A stretch of 64,000 nucleotides of DNA from Camelus dromedarius (lineage: Eukaryota), in assembly GCF_036321535.1 (NCBI RefSeq), contig NC_087441.1, positions 19,530,001-19,594,000 on the forward strand. Direction: 5' to 3'. A model generated the notes under the pieces. That model was not told where the DNA came from and ran no database searches. It saw nothing but the letters and a program-made list of their open reading frames with translations. The number at the start of each line of letters is the position of its first letter. Position 1 is the stretch's first letter. Of the stretch, positions 1-12,640 are shown one piece after another. A program made the translations under genes and the position numbers.

Positions 1-115
1 AGGAAACTCTCAGATTCCTCTGGGCCATTTAACATTGGCTAGCACCTCGACGCATATGATCTTAGAAGATCCACACACACAGAAAAAGTCCAATTCAGTA
101 ACATGCGATGACTGT

Positions 116-121
116 TTTATT
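116..121 (-). terminator. Candidate intronic polyadenylation signal (AATAAA) in AIG1 intron 5
   Basis: Minus strand reads AATAAA, then 28 nt, then a U/GU-rich tract tttttctgtgtgtgtgg. Confidence 0.35.
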
Positions 122-1020
122 TGTCTAATTAGATCAACTTCCTGGCAGTTTCTGGCACAGAGTAGGGTGCTCAGTGTTTGTGGAACAGAGACCGTTTACT
201 GGTGACGTCTACAGTGTTGTGATTGTGTTGGAGGAGATGCCAAGAGCTCTCTAAAATCCTCACGCCATCTTGCCTTTGGATGTTTTCAGGCAGGACTCAA
301 ACCACTACATATCTGGGCTGTTGCTTTTTCCACCTTCCCATTTTTATGTTATCTTACATACACTTTGGACAGGTTTTGCACAGCCTGGGTAAGATTACGT
401 GCCTTGCCAAGATGGAGGCTCTGCCGTAAATAGAAACAAAAGAGAAATCAACTCATAGGTTAAGAGAGTTTTTGCAGCAATGAAGTACTACCCTTTACTG
501 CCGGTACCTCTTTGCCACCTTCAGCTTTTGAATATGACAGTCACTGGTGAGTCACAGTTGCCAGAGGCATTCTGTGCTGCTTGGAGTTCTAGCAGAATGG
601 GGGCAAGACCTCTTGGGCAGCACCCACGCAAAGGATGACGCAAAAAGTGGGTGATTTCTAATGAGAATGGTTACACTTAATAATTTATCTATTTAATCAG
701 GGGTCCCTTTAGTTAAGGCAGTATTTTGTTAATTAAAGTGAAACTTTCTAAATTTTTTTTCTTGTTACAACATTTCTCCCTATAAAATTTTACAGACACA
801 ATTCTTTTCTCTTAGATTTGGATGTTTTACTAGCTAATATGACAAAGTGAGTAATAAACCTCTCAGGTAACCGCCAGCAGCCCTTAAATTAATATTGTAG
901 TTATAAAAGTGAAACTCTTCATAAGGGAGCCTGTGCTCCAGTGGAATTTTCCTTCAGTCCCCGCACACACTCTTGTAGACAGCAGTTCTCTTGTTTTATG
1001 CTCCCCCAAACAATACTTAC

Positions 1021-1184
1021 TTCTCTGTGTGTCCCAGATATAGCTGTTCAGAACTTCTCCTAGCAGGTACAAAAAGTTCATTAAGATGGTTGTAGACCCA
1101 AAGAAGATGATTCTGGCTCCTGGGCCAATGTGTTCCAGGAAAGGGTACACCCACATCCCAGTTACATGATGCACCCAACACACC
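1021..1184 (-). CDS. AIG1: AIG1 coding exon 5 (164 nt): (W)[54 protein letters not shown](S)
   Basis: Peptide nearly identical to the recalled human AIG1 C-terminal region. Acceptor is a pyrimidine tract + ttatag at 1186-1185; donor is A|GTAAGT at 1020-1015. Length 1+54x3+1=164 nt. Confidence 0.97.
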
Positions 1185-1369
1185 CTATAATGGAATTGGA
1201 AAGAAGACAAAGAAGAGTTACTCCCATGTCAGATTTCAAAGCTGCTGATAATTGCAAATACGGAACCCCTACTCCAAGCATTCTTCAGCAATGCCAGTAA
1301 CAGTTTGTCTCTGATACTCAGGAGCTACCAGATACTTTGTTGTAGTTGTTGTTTGTTTGTTTTCTTTTA

Positions 1370-1710
1370 CTTTTCATTCTAAAATAACTTTAGACTCACA
1401 GGAGAGTTGCAAATATGGTAGCAAGAGTCCCAGTGTGCCTTATACGCAGCTTCCCTGCGTGTTAACATCTTGTACAATCGTGGTACAATCGCTAAAACAA
1501 AGCAGTTAACATTGGTACAGTGCTACTAACTAAACTGCAGATTTGATTCGGAATTCCCCCATCTTCTCCTTACTGTCTGTCCTTTATCTGGTCCAGGATC
1601 CCGTCTTGTATTTAGCGGTCATGGCTCTTTAGTCTCCTCCAGTCTGGCAGGTCCTCATTGTCTCCTTATCTCTCCAGACACTTGAAGGGTCTGGTTGGGT
1701 ATTTGAAACT
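1370..1710 (-). mobile_element. Ancient L1 3' end fragment (L1MB/L1MC class)
   Basis: Resembles the reverse complement of an old L1 3'UTR (aaataactttagactcacag...ttaacattggtacagtgctactaactaaactgcaga). Confidence 0.7.
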
Positions 1711-2514
1711 CTTGTTTTTCTAAATACTGTTATGCAGTCTTCTTAATCTCTTCTTCACGTAGTGACACAATTCAGCATTAGGCAACCACACTATCATAAA
1801 ACCCAGGTGAGAATGTTCCAGGAACCTTGCCTTACTGCCTTCCAACTAGGTACCACTCTGTCTCCCACATGCTAACAGAACCATCCAGTAACCTCGCTGA
1901 CACCCGGCTTCCTACAACCTGATCTTTGGATCACTTTTTGTTTCCTTATCTTCCCCCCCTGTTTTACATAACCTTTGCTTGTAATTATTCTATTTGTGTT
2001 CTGGAAGTAGTTCAGACTCAGTGGGAATACATCATTCATCTCCACTGTTTTCCAAAGTTTAGTTAGAATATTTGTTTCATTGGTTTGGTCCTGATACAAC
2101 TACTGAGAGCTAGTTTCCAAAACATTCTTGGGTTCATTACTTTATCAACTGTTGTCAATTTTGAAGACTAAGTAAATGACAAATAACTATTGCATGGGGA
2201 AATAAAAACTACTTTAAACACTTACATGTTTTGGGGTCATTTTCTTTCTCATCCACAGCTTCACCCCTCTTTGAGCAGTTTATCTAGGTGTATATTACCT
2301 ACACGTAGACCTTGTCTGAGGCAAGAGACCTGCCTTTACGTTGGAGCTTGCAGTCTTGATGACGGTGGGATCACTCCCCTCTCGAGGAAGTAAAAATTGG
2401 TTCAGGGAGGGTGGCGAAGAAGTCTTCCTCTTTTTACGTATAAAGTAGAGACACATATGTACACAGAACTTAAACAGATACACAGTTCATCTGTGGTATT
2501 AAAGGGTCTTAGGC

Positions 2515-3047
2515 CTATTCCTAGGTGTGTATCTAAAAGCATGGAAAGCAGGGGCACAGATGTTTGTTCATAGCAGCGTGACTCCCAATGGCCAAATGGT
2601 AGAAATATCCCAAACGTCCATCAGCAGATGAATGAATGATCAGAATGTTGCATACACATTCCATGAAATATTATTCAGTAACAAGGGGAATGAGATTTTG
2701 ACATATGCTACAACATGGATGAACCTTGAAAACATAATGCTAAGTGAAATAAGCCAGACACGGAAGGACAAACATCACATGATTCCATTTGTATGAGATA
2801 CTAGAAAAGGCAAATTTATAGAGACAGAAAGTATAATAGAGGTTACCAGGGGCTGGGAGGCATGGGGAATAGGGAATGATTATATATCAGGTACAGAATT
2901 TAAGTTGGGGAAATTGAAAATATTTTGAGCATAGATAGTGGTGATGGTTATATAACATATCTTGAATGTATTCAATGACACTGAATTATAGTTACAAATG
3001 GTTAAAATGATAATATTGTGTTATGTATATTTTACCACAACAAAAAC
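2515..3047 (+). mobile_element. L1MB-type LINE-1 3' end
   Basis: Diagnostic motifs acaacatggatgaaccttgaaaacataatgctaagtgaaataagccagacac, gatagtggtgatggtt and tatattttaccacaa. Confidence 0.85.
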
Positions 3048-3779
3048 ATTTTATGGGGTGGATTTGGGAAAAAAAAAACTAGTAAGATTCCTTGATGGGA
3101 GGAATCAGTAATGAAAGAAAGGTTGAGAATCACTGCCTTAGAGGGAAGAGATGCTCATTAGACCCACCCAGGTCAGCCTGAATAACTGTCCAGACTGAAA
3201 GATTTTTAGCAAAAGAGGAAGCCAAGCTAGTCAATATATATATTTTTTAAAAGCAGAAGCATTTGTGAGGATCAGCAGAAATTAAATTGTTTGAACTACC
3301 CTATGGGGTTCTCATGCATCATATTTTGTTTGTCCATAAATTAGAGGCAGTTTTATTTTCCTAATTGTCTCTTAACTAGTGTAAGGAGGTGTTGTGTGCC
3401 CATCAAGTGGCTTATTAATTTCTATCAAGACGATACACAATATCCCCCAAAATGTAACACCATAGGGCTATAATTGATTTTTGCAAATTAACATATAAAG
3501 TTATAATCTGACTCACTGAAAACTGTTTCCTCAATTAGGTAAATTTGGAGCAATTCATATTATGAATGCTAGCTTTATTTTTTATACTTGTTCCTGGTAT
3601 CCTCCTTGCTTCTGGTGGAACAAAATTTTCATTTGCAGCTTTTGGTAATGTCTCCAATGCCAGGCCTCTACTCCTCAGACGTTGTTTGCAATGTACTTTT
3701 GGTCTGGCTGGATCCATCCTAATATACTGAATGAGTATAACAACCATAACCACATCCCATCTATCTGTACAGGGCTCCT

Positions 3780-4830
3780 AAATTCCTGTCTCCAGCCTTG
3801 GCCTCGCCTGATCTCAGTTGCCCACTGCACATCTTCCCCTGGAGGATGCATCTCCAAGCTAACATTTCCATGATGTCCTCATCATCCCTGCATCTTAATT
3901 CCTTAATTCCTTAATCCGTCCCCTCCTTCTGTCATCCAATAGCAAACATAGGTCTCCCATATCCTTCACTTCTCAAATCAATGAATACTATGTTACTCCA
4001 GCAGTGGCTTGGGACAGAAAAAAGTGGGGTCATTCTTGACTTCTCTTTTTCTCAAAATCTATATCCAGTCCATCCTTGGATCCTGTTGGCTCTACTTTCT
4101 AAATATACCCCAAATATCTACTTCTCACCATTGCCACCAGTGCCCTCTGGGCTCAAGCCATCAACACCTTTCACTGGCACCATTGCAATCACTTCCTAAG
4201 TCTGCTTTTTCCTTGGCTGCAGTTTATCCTAGAGCCCATTCTCATCGGAGCATCCGGGTTGATCTGGATTTAAGTCAGGTCTTGCCACCACTTGGCTCAA
4301 AGCTCTTGCCTTCTCTCTCACTTAGAGTAAAAGCAAGAGTCCTTGGATGGTTCTTCAAGGCCCTGCCTAAGCTTGCTGGACACTTTCCCGACTTGCCTCC
4401 TACTAATCTCCCCCTCGCTCACTCCACTCTGGCCACACCGACTCTGTGCTATTTCTCGAGCACACAAAGTGCTCTGTGTTTGTTCCCATGCCTGGAACAT
4501 TCCTTCCTACTCCTGTCTTCCCCACAGTTTCCCCACGGCTCCCTTGTGTCTTTTGGGTTTTCACTCAGATGTTACCTTCTCTGTGAAAGCTTCTCAGGCT
4601 ACTGCATCTAAAAATTGTAACCCTTGTCCTGAAACTCTCCATTCTCTACCCCTTTATTTTACTCCCAGCCATTTAATATGTTATATTTATTTTTACTTGT
4701 CTGCTTATTGTCCGTCCAGTGAGCACAGGCATTTTTGTCTGTGACGTTCATTGCTAGAATCTGTGGCCCTTGGAGCAGTGTGTGGCACGTAGGATACACT
4801 CAACAATTCCTTGTTGAATGACTAACTGAA
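3780..4830 (+). mobile_element. L2 LINE 3' portion
   Basis: L2-type pyrimidine-rich body ending in gcagtgtgtggcacgtagg...ttgttgaatgactaactgaa. Confidence 0.8.
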
Positions 4831-4927
4831 TAAAGGAACATCAAAAACAACAACATCTGTTTATTGAGCCTTCACTATATGACAGCTACTTTGCCAGTAT
4901 CTTAAAAAAAAATCTCTATGCCCCTTG

Positions 4928-5283
4928 TAGGCAATACCTTTTCTGTAGAGAACCAGATAGTAAATGCTCTCAGTTTTACAAGCCATACTATCTCTGTCAC
5001 AACTTTCAGCTCTGCAATTGCAGTGCAAAAGCAGCTGGAGACTCTATGTAAACAGATGAGTGTGGTTGTGTTCCAATAAAACTTTATTTATAGACACTGA
5101 AATTTGAATTTCATATAACTTTCACATGTCATAAAATAATCATCTTCTTTTGACTTTTTTCTGGTCATCAAAAAATGTAAAAACCACTCTTAGCTTGTGG
5201 GCCATAAAAGAAATGAAAAAAATGAGACACAGGTGGTGGAGGGGCTAGATTTGGCCCATTGGCTGTAGTTTGCTGGCCCCTGG
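4928..5283. mobile_element. MER58-type hAT-Charlie MITE
   Basis: ttttctgtagagaaccagatagtaaat...ccaataaaactttattta...gatttggcccattggctgtagtttgctggcccctg. Confidence 0.8.
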
Positions 5284-5301
5284 TTTATGTAGTCCTTTGT
5301 A

Positions 5302-6185
5302 CGATGGCCAACAAGCACATGAAAAGGTGCTCAACATCACTAATCATGAGGGAAATGCAAATCAAAACCACAATGAGATGTCACCTACACCTGTGAGAAT
5401 GGTTATCATCAAAAAGAACACAAATAACAAATGCAGGCGAGGATGTGGAGAAAAGGGAAACTTGTATGCTATTGGTGGGAAAATAAATTGTGCAGCCACA
5501 TGGAAAACAGTATGAAGATTCTGCAACAAATTAAAAATAGAACTACCATATGATCCAGCAATTCCACTCTTGGGTATATACCTGAAGAAAATGTAAACGC
5601 TAATTTGAAAACATATGTACCCTGCTGTTCACAGAGGCATTATTTACAATAANNNNNNNNNNNNNNNNNNNNNNNNNNNNNNNNNNNNNNNNNNNNNNNN
5701 NNNNNNNNNNNNNNNNNNNNNNNNNNNNNNNNNNNNNNNNNNNNNNNNNNNNNNNNNNNNNNNNNNNNNNNNNNNNNNNNNNNNNNNNNNNNNNNNNNNN
5801 NNNNNNNNNNNNNNNNNNNNNNNNNNNNTGTAATAAGTCAGACAAAGAAAGACAAATACTGTATATTTTTACTTATATATGGAATCTAAAAAGTAAAACA
5901 AACAAATATAGCAAAACAGAAATAGACTCACAAATACTGAGAACAAACTAGTGGTTACCAGTGGGGAGAGGAGTTAGGGGAGGGGCAAGATAGGTGAAGA
6001 GGATTAAGAGGTACAAACTACTAAGTATGAAATAAGATCCTAGGATGTAATGTACAACACAGGTAATATAATTACTATTTTATAATAACTTTATGTGGAG
6101 TATAATCTATAAAAACATAAAATCACTATGTTGTACATCTGAAACTAATATAATACTGTAAGTCAACTATACTTCAAGAAAAAAA
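5302..6185 (+). mobile_element. 5'-truncated L1 (ORF2 C-terminal remnant + 3'UTR + A tail) with 13-bp TSD
   Basis: L1 motifs gaaatgcaaatcaaaaccacaatgaga and tatgatccagcaattccactc. TSD gtagtcctttgta (5289-5301) / gtagttctttgta (6186-6198). Contains N gap 5653-5828. Confidence 0.92.
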
Positions 6186-6489
6186 GTAGTTCTTTGTATT
6201 TCATGAAGAAACTTCATTCACATTATGTGGTTTTCTCAAAAATCTTAGATATGGCATATCATCCTCATTCTACTGAGGTAAAAATCAGAGTTTGTAGAGC
6301 ATAATGAGAGGATGTCAGAAATGACGATAGAAAGGTAAAATTCTTAGGTCAGGGAGTGGATGGCTATTCTGAGCATGGCGCTCTAATATGATATGTAATC
6401 CCTTTACTTTATTCAACCACCCTGTGAGGTCTGATTATCCCCATTTCACAGAGAAAGAAACTGAGGCTGGACTAAAGAACTTCTCTTAA

Positions 6490-6803
6490 GAAATGGAAAA
6501 GCTAGGAAAGGATTTTTTTTTTTTGCGAATCCATCTATATTAAGTCATCCATTAAAGAGACTGACAAAATACACTTCAAAATGCACAGTTATTTTCTCAC
6601 TTTTCTTGTTTTAGAAAATGTCATTTTCACAAAATTATTTTATTTTATGTTTATGTGCAATGGGTTTATTACTATTTTTAAATAAATTAGTTATTTTTAG
6701 ACTTTCCATTTTAATCCATAATCCAATAAATATCAATGGATGTAACTGATGTAGCAAAGCTTTTGGGGGTCCTCAATGATTTCTAAGGATATAAAGTGCT
6801 CTG
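6490..6803. mobile_element. Charlie1/MER33-like hAT remnant, terminal part missing
   Basis: aatgggtttattactattttta and aaagctttttgggggtcctcaatgatttctaag resemble the Charlie1-family end. Confidence 0.55.
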
Positions 6804-6858
6804 ATTATGGTTACTGGTAGGGGGCGGTAGGGGGTGGGATGGGGTAAATTGGGAGTTT
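6804..6858 (+). mobile_element. Isolated ~55-bp G-rich L1 3'UTR fragment
   Basis: ttatggttactgg...gggtaaattgggagtt aligns with the reverse complement of the L1 tail at ~61020-61070 of this window. Confidence 0.6.
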
Positions 6859-7279
6859 CTCCCACGTGGACTTGCTTCCCTATATGAGGCATTTAATATT
6901 GTCTCCAAAAATGAAATGAATGTTTTCTTTCTTTCTTTCTTTCTTTCTTTTAAGTTTTTGGATTTAGTAGGTCACCAAACCATCTCAGATGTAGAAGCCC
7001 CATTGTGTGGGGTTCCACCTGGACTGGTGTGAATGATGCATCCACTTGTCCTGATGGGTTGCGCTTTTACCCTTTGTTTCCTTGATATAATCAGGGCTTA
7101 ATTTTCTGCACAAAAAAAGACTCATGGCCTTGCTCATCTATATGTGGAGAGTTCTCAGTTCTTAGCTGACTTTCAGTTTCTACCTTATCCTAAGGCCCTC
7201 TTATCTTAGTACCCAAACAGCTTATGCTTAAGGTAATGATACCAATTTTTCAATTTAGCCTAAAAAATCAATAACTACA

Positions 7280-7330
7280 GTGTGTGTGCGTGCATGTGTG
7301 TGTGCGTGTGCATACATATATATACATATG
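7280..7330. repeat. Imperfect (TG)n/(TA)n microsatellite
   Basis: gtgtgtgtgcgtgcatgtgtgtgtgcgtgtgcatacatatatatacatatg. Confidence 0.9.
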
Positions 7331-7599
7331 TTATAGTATCATAAGACTTCTGGGATTGCCTTTTTTGTTAAATGTACTTCCAATTTCATTCACTTTAATA
7401 TGCAGTTAAAATGACATTTATTAATGCCTCCTATCTGAGCACTGTGCCGCACACCAGGGATACAGAAGCAAATGGGGCAAAGGTGATTCTTGTCCTTGGG
7501 CAGTACTGTCTAACAAGGAACACAGAGTTAATGGAGAAATGACGAGTGTCCTCAGAACCGAGGTGAGTGTAGGCGTGTCAGGGGTGTCCAGGGATCATT

Positions 7600-9115
7600 C
7601 TCTGCTTTTTTGTGAACCTGACACCATTAGCCTTCCTTTCCCTTGCGTGTTCACCTTTCTTTCAAACCAAGTTTTTCATCGCTGATAAATATGCTCAAAT
7701 GCTTTTCTTACAAACACAATAAAAAAGTTTCCATCAGCTTCCAAATACAATTCTATATCTCTCCTTCTCTTCAAGGACAGACTTGTCCAGTGAGTCTACA
7801 CTCACTGACTCCAGATCTGTACTTTGCACTCAGCCCCCACGACCTACAACAGTCTGGCTTCATTTCTTGATACTCCACCAAAATGTCCTCGCTCTGTGAC
7901 ATCAATTTCTCCTGTTTTCCTACCTCTTTGGCTGCTTTTCTTGGTTCCCTTTGTAAGTTCACCTTTCACTGCCCAGCCAGTGAATGTGCAATTTCCTTAA
8001 GAATTGGTTTGGACTGTCTTCTCCTATTATGCATTTTCAGTTGATGAGTTCTTTCACATCCATGGCTGCATGTCTACTACCTATACACAGTCATTTCACA
8101 GATCTAGGTCCTAATCCGGATGTCTCCTCTGTTCCAGAATAGTTTATCAAATAGTCCTCAGAACATCTCATTTTACACATCTTAAATGTACCTAAAACTC
8201 AATATAGCCACAGCTAAAGTCATGCTTTTTTCCAACGAACCTGGTCCTCCTCTGATATTCCATTCTGCAAATGGTACTATCATCCTTTTGATTTTGTAAC
8301 TCAAACCTGGGGGTCATTGCTACATCCCTCTCTTTCACCACATATACCCATCTGTCATTTTCTTGTCAGTTATCTCACACATCTTTCTAATATGTCAATT
8401 TTTTTCCATCTCCATGGAAGACCAACATCTTAATTTGTGTTGCGACCATCTCTGCCTGGAGTAGTGTAATAGCTTCTAATTTGTCTCCACATCTACTTTT
8501 GTCTCCTTCCAATTCATCCTCACAACTGCCAGAGTGAGCTTTTCAAACCGGAAATCTGAACACATTATATCCCTGGTTCCAACAAGTCAGTGACGTTCCA
8601 TTGCTTTTCCCCCCAGTTTTTAGTGACGTCTTGGGTGCCTGTTATAGAGTTGGCCTCTACCTGTCTCATACCCCCATCGCATACCTTGCTTCTCTTACAC
8701 TGGCTTGCATTTGGTTCCTTGATTTTACCGTGTTCCTTCCTGCCATGTGGATTTACACATTCCTCTCTTTTTGCCTGTTCTGTTAGTTACCCACCTTTAG
8801 ACTCATTGTTATATTTTTCATTTATATCTTAGCTCAGCTATTATAATGAACCAGTCATCACATAGGAAACTTTTCGTGGATCTACTACAGTAGGTCAGAT
8901 TTGATATACTCTTATAGAACCATGACTCCTATTTTTTTAAGCTCTTCTTTTATTAATACACAGTTTGAATGATATTTGATTTGTATAATGTTTCTTCCCC
9001 TCTAGCATATTAAGTTCTGTGAGATGAGGGACTGTGTCTATGTCTACATATCACTGAATCCTCAGCACTTACCACGATGCCTGTCACATAGTAGGATAAT
9101 GAATAAATGAATAAC
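7600..9115 (+). mobile_element. Long decayed L2 fragment
   Basis: L2 3' terminus atcctcagcacttaccacgatgcctgtcacatagtagg...aataaatgaat, preceded by L2-like body. Confidence 0.7.
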
Positions 9116-9129
9116 GTAGCATTTAAGCT

Positions 9130-10560
9130 GTGATGAGAAAGATGAGTAAGAGTTCGTTGAACAAAAATGGGAGGCAAGAAATTCCTAGCCAAATGGAATA
9201 GTATGTCCAGAGACATAAAAACAAGGGAAAACTCCCAGATATTCAAGAAAAAAACCACTTTTGTTGAAATCAAGAGTGAGGGCATGAGGGGCAGGCAGGT
9301 GCTCAACTGTGGGTGGCTTTTTAAGCCATGGTAAGAATTGTAGACTCTGTCCTAATTTGGACAATAGGAAGTTTTTGAAGGGTATTAAATAAATGGGAAA
9401 CAAATCAGATTGAGCCGGAAACCAATTATATCAGACATGGTGGTGGCGAGGACTGGAGTGGTAGCATTGGGAATGAAAATTAGTTAGTAGATTTAAGAGA
9501 TATTTAGGCTAGTGTCCATCAAAACCTCTAGGTGATAAATGATGACGTGCTATATATGGTCAGGAGAGCTGGTATCTTTAGGATGTTTGCAGGCTTGTTG
9601 GCTGGTGGCTTAAATTCAACCATGGTGAGAGTATTTACACTGAAAACTGACAAATGCTACATATCAGGCTCCCCTTCCCTCACCTCCAGAAGGGCTGGTA
9701 GTTTAATATTTGCCAACAATCCACTAGTTACTAGCATTTTAAAAAGGAACAATAGAAGAAAACATAATAGAAAATATCAGAAGGCCCTGCATATAATGAT
9801 GATAAAAATTGTTTTGTGAAACTTCTGTTCCATGTGTGCACTGGCACAGTCATGATGCAAAAGATATTTCTTTTATTTATAGTAAAATTAGTTTGAAAGG
9901 CACTGATTCAGGAAATAGAATGAAGAGAAATTGTTGACTGACTGGATTTAGGCAATGAGGGCACTGAGATGAATTAAGGATTAATCATAGATTCCTGGCT
10001 TGATTAACTGGGTGGAAGGTGCTGCCATTTCCTGAGACAGGGAGTGCCGTAAGGGAGCTGGTGTGAGGGTCTGGTGAGCTCAGTTTGGACATGCTGAGTC
10101 TGAGGTGTCTGTAAGATATCCAAGAGGAGATATCCTGAAGGCACTTCCATGGGTTTGGACTGTAGGGAAAGGACTGATGTGGCAATACAGATATTGGGGT
10201 CATTGGCGAAAAGATGGTGGTTGAGGCCATGGGAACAGATTAAGGTTACCTAGGTAGCGCACACAGTCTGAAGAACGTAGGTCCATAAGAGAACCCTGAA
10301 AAGGATCAAGATTTAAGGGGTAGTTCGAGGAGGATGAGGTTAAAAATGAGACTGAAAACGGAGGGGCTACAGACGTGGAAGAAAGACTGAAGTGTGGTGT
10401 CTTGAAGCCAACGGACGAGTGGTTCCGAGGTAGGGCAGATAACTGCGAGCACAGTATCTTTGAGAATTGAGGATAATGAGAAAACTGGACTCCCCACCTA
10501 CAAAGTAGAAGCAAGAAATTTTTCAGATTCCAAGTGCGTATCATTCAAATCTACTTTGGA
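9130..10560 (-). mobile_element. Decayed L2 fragments (two blocks, ~9130-9530 and ~9900-10560)
   Basis: Purine-rich reverse-strand L2 motifs (tgccatttcctgagacaggga, cagtttggacatgctgagtctgaggtgtct). Confidence 0.7.
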
Positions 10561-12261
10561 TGTTGACTGGGTATAAACGATAAACGGTAAATAAAGAAAA
10601 ACTGACCTTGTCAAGCCATTTACGCCCCCTGGCCAAATTTCATCTCATCACATAAACCATGAGTTGTGGTGGTCACTGGAGTCCCTGAGGAGCTATGGAC
10701 AGGGAGAAATCTCCCTCCCCTCTTCTGACCCTGTCACCTTTGTTTATTCTGGATAAACACATGTACCTATTTCACTGCTGATAACCTTTCAGTCCTTAAG
10801 GTTAGTTTATTTTAAAGAAGATTTAAACATTGATTTGATTATTCATGTTTCGATAAGGAGCAAGGCTATTTCATAGCCTGGCTTTTAGCGCAGAAGACAC
10901 ACAGGACACAGACTCATATGAGGTAACAGCTAATAGCGAACGACACTGAATTCTCAGCGACAGGCATTGTGCTAAAGGCTTTACAGGAGCAGCTCTTTGG
11001 AGAAGGTATTCTATTGGTACCATTTTACAATTGAAGACACCGAGGCCCTGAGAGGGTCACAAGGTGGGAAAGCAGAGATACCCACCACAGCAGAGCAGCT
11101 CTTGCCCGTACACCAGGCTCATCCAGTGCTCTGGAGACTAGGATACGATGTGCAGGAGCAGCTTTTAACGTGCTCAGAACCAAACCCAAAAAATGATGCA
11201 AATTTGAAATCTCTGTAAACTTTTTCTTTTCTTTTTCCTCACTGACCATAAAAGCAACTCATGCTCAGTGCAGAAAATGTGTGAGATTTAGAAATTTTGC
11301 CAGATATAAGATAAATCAGTTTTGGTGAAGTTTTAACACAAGACAGAGTCTCTTATAAAAACTCAGCAATCAGATTTTACAACTTCTCCCCCGGGGAGAA
11401 AAACCACAGCAGGGATCAAGTGAGAAACTTCCTTCAGAGGAGGCTCTGACTTAGTTAGCTTACTGGAATTTACTCCTCTGCTTGGCAGGCAATTAGCACG
11501 TGCCCCAAGGTGGGGTGAGACGAAGGATGTGCGTCAGCTTCTCGCCCAGTGGGAGTTTGAGTGTCTCACGTGGTGCCTCCAACGTGGTGCTTCTGAAGGA
11601 CTTTTCCAGGGCAGCTTTGACTTATGGCTCAGATGCTGACTTTAGTCCTAGCCCTCTCTTTTGATCTGTCTCATTTTAGGACCATTCTAAAGGCCCCTTG
11701 GACATCTCCTAAGGACTGATTGCATGGAGACTGGTTCTTGCTACATTTCTGAGAATCTAGAATTCTGCAGTGTACTGGAGTTCGTGTACTCATTCATTAA
11801 TTCAACAAACATTTCTCGAGTCCACTGTGCACCAGATGAGGGTGCCCTTGAGGAGATCACTGTGGAGGGGGTGCTAAGTTTCGGGTGGAAAAAGCTGTAT
11901 GTCCCAGGGAATATGACAAAGGACATCTGTCTAGAAAAGGACAAGGCTCTGAAAACAGAGCTCAAAAAGTTCTCCTTGGTGATGTGTATGGTAGTGATAG
12001 AGAATTAAGGCATCAATTCACAGGCAAGTACCGAATGGAAGGATGCCATCTGAAGCAGTGCTGAAATATCCTCTAGCTCAGTTACAGAGATAATTTTAGA
12101 AGTCACAGATGTAATTATATAATTCTTCATTTACTGTGAGCTTAATAGAGCATTCTTCAAGACAATCTTTTAAGGCAAAATTGGTTTCTGATTCTTCAAA
12201 GTCTTTTCAGTTTTCTTGTTAGAGCTAGCCCCAGTTTATAGAACCTGGGAGGTACTATACA

Positions 12262-12441
12262 TGGGACCTGCTTTATCTGGTTTGCAGCCTGTGCAGTCAC
12301 ATCGGGCCTTGTGCTCAGAAAGGTCCCACATTTGGCTTGATGCTCTGCTGTCACCATCTTGAAATACACAATAATTTTTGAATAAGGGGCTCCGTAATTT
12401 TATTTTTGCTCTGTGCCCCACAAATTATGTAGCAGGTCCTG
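12262..12441. mobile_element. MER53 hAT MITE
   Basis: cctgtgcagtcacatcgggcc...gctctgctgtcaccatcttgaaat...caaattatgtagcaggtcctg; terminal inverted repeats (gggacctg / caggtcctg). Confidence 0.85.
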
Positions 12442-12499
12442 TCTATGTCGTTATGTCATTTGTACTTGAGCTCAATTTCCAGCGCATCCACATGGTAGT

Positions 12500-12640
12500 G
12501 AGGTCACCTTGGATATTAATTAACTTCTCCAGCCTCAGTTTCCTCTTTGCTAAAGGGGGTACAAACAATACTGCTTCCCTTAGAGATGTAGTCATCTGAT
12601 AATGTGAAGTTCTTAGCACAGTCAACTTAGGTTAGGGAGA
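12500..12640 (+). mobile_element. MIR SINE fragment
   Basis: ttaacttctccagcctcagtttcctctttgctaaagggg...taatgtgaagttcttagcacagt. Confidence 0.75.

Noticed and set aside
4009-4744. 200-aa and 133-aa ORFs as novel genes
   Set aside because: They lie within a decayed L2 and are Leu/Ser/Pro-rich low-information translations with no recognisable domain.
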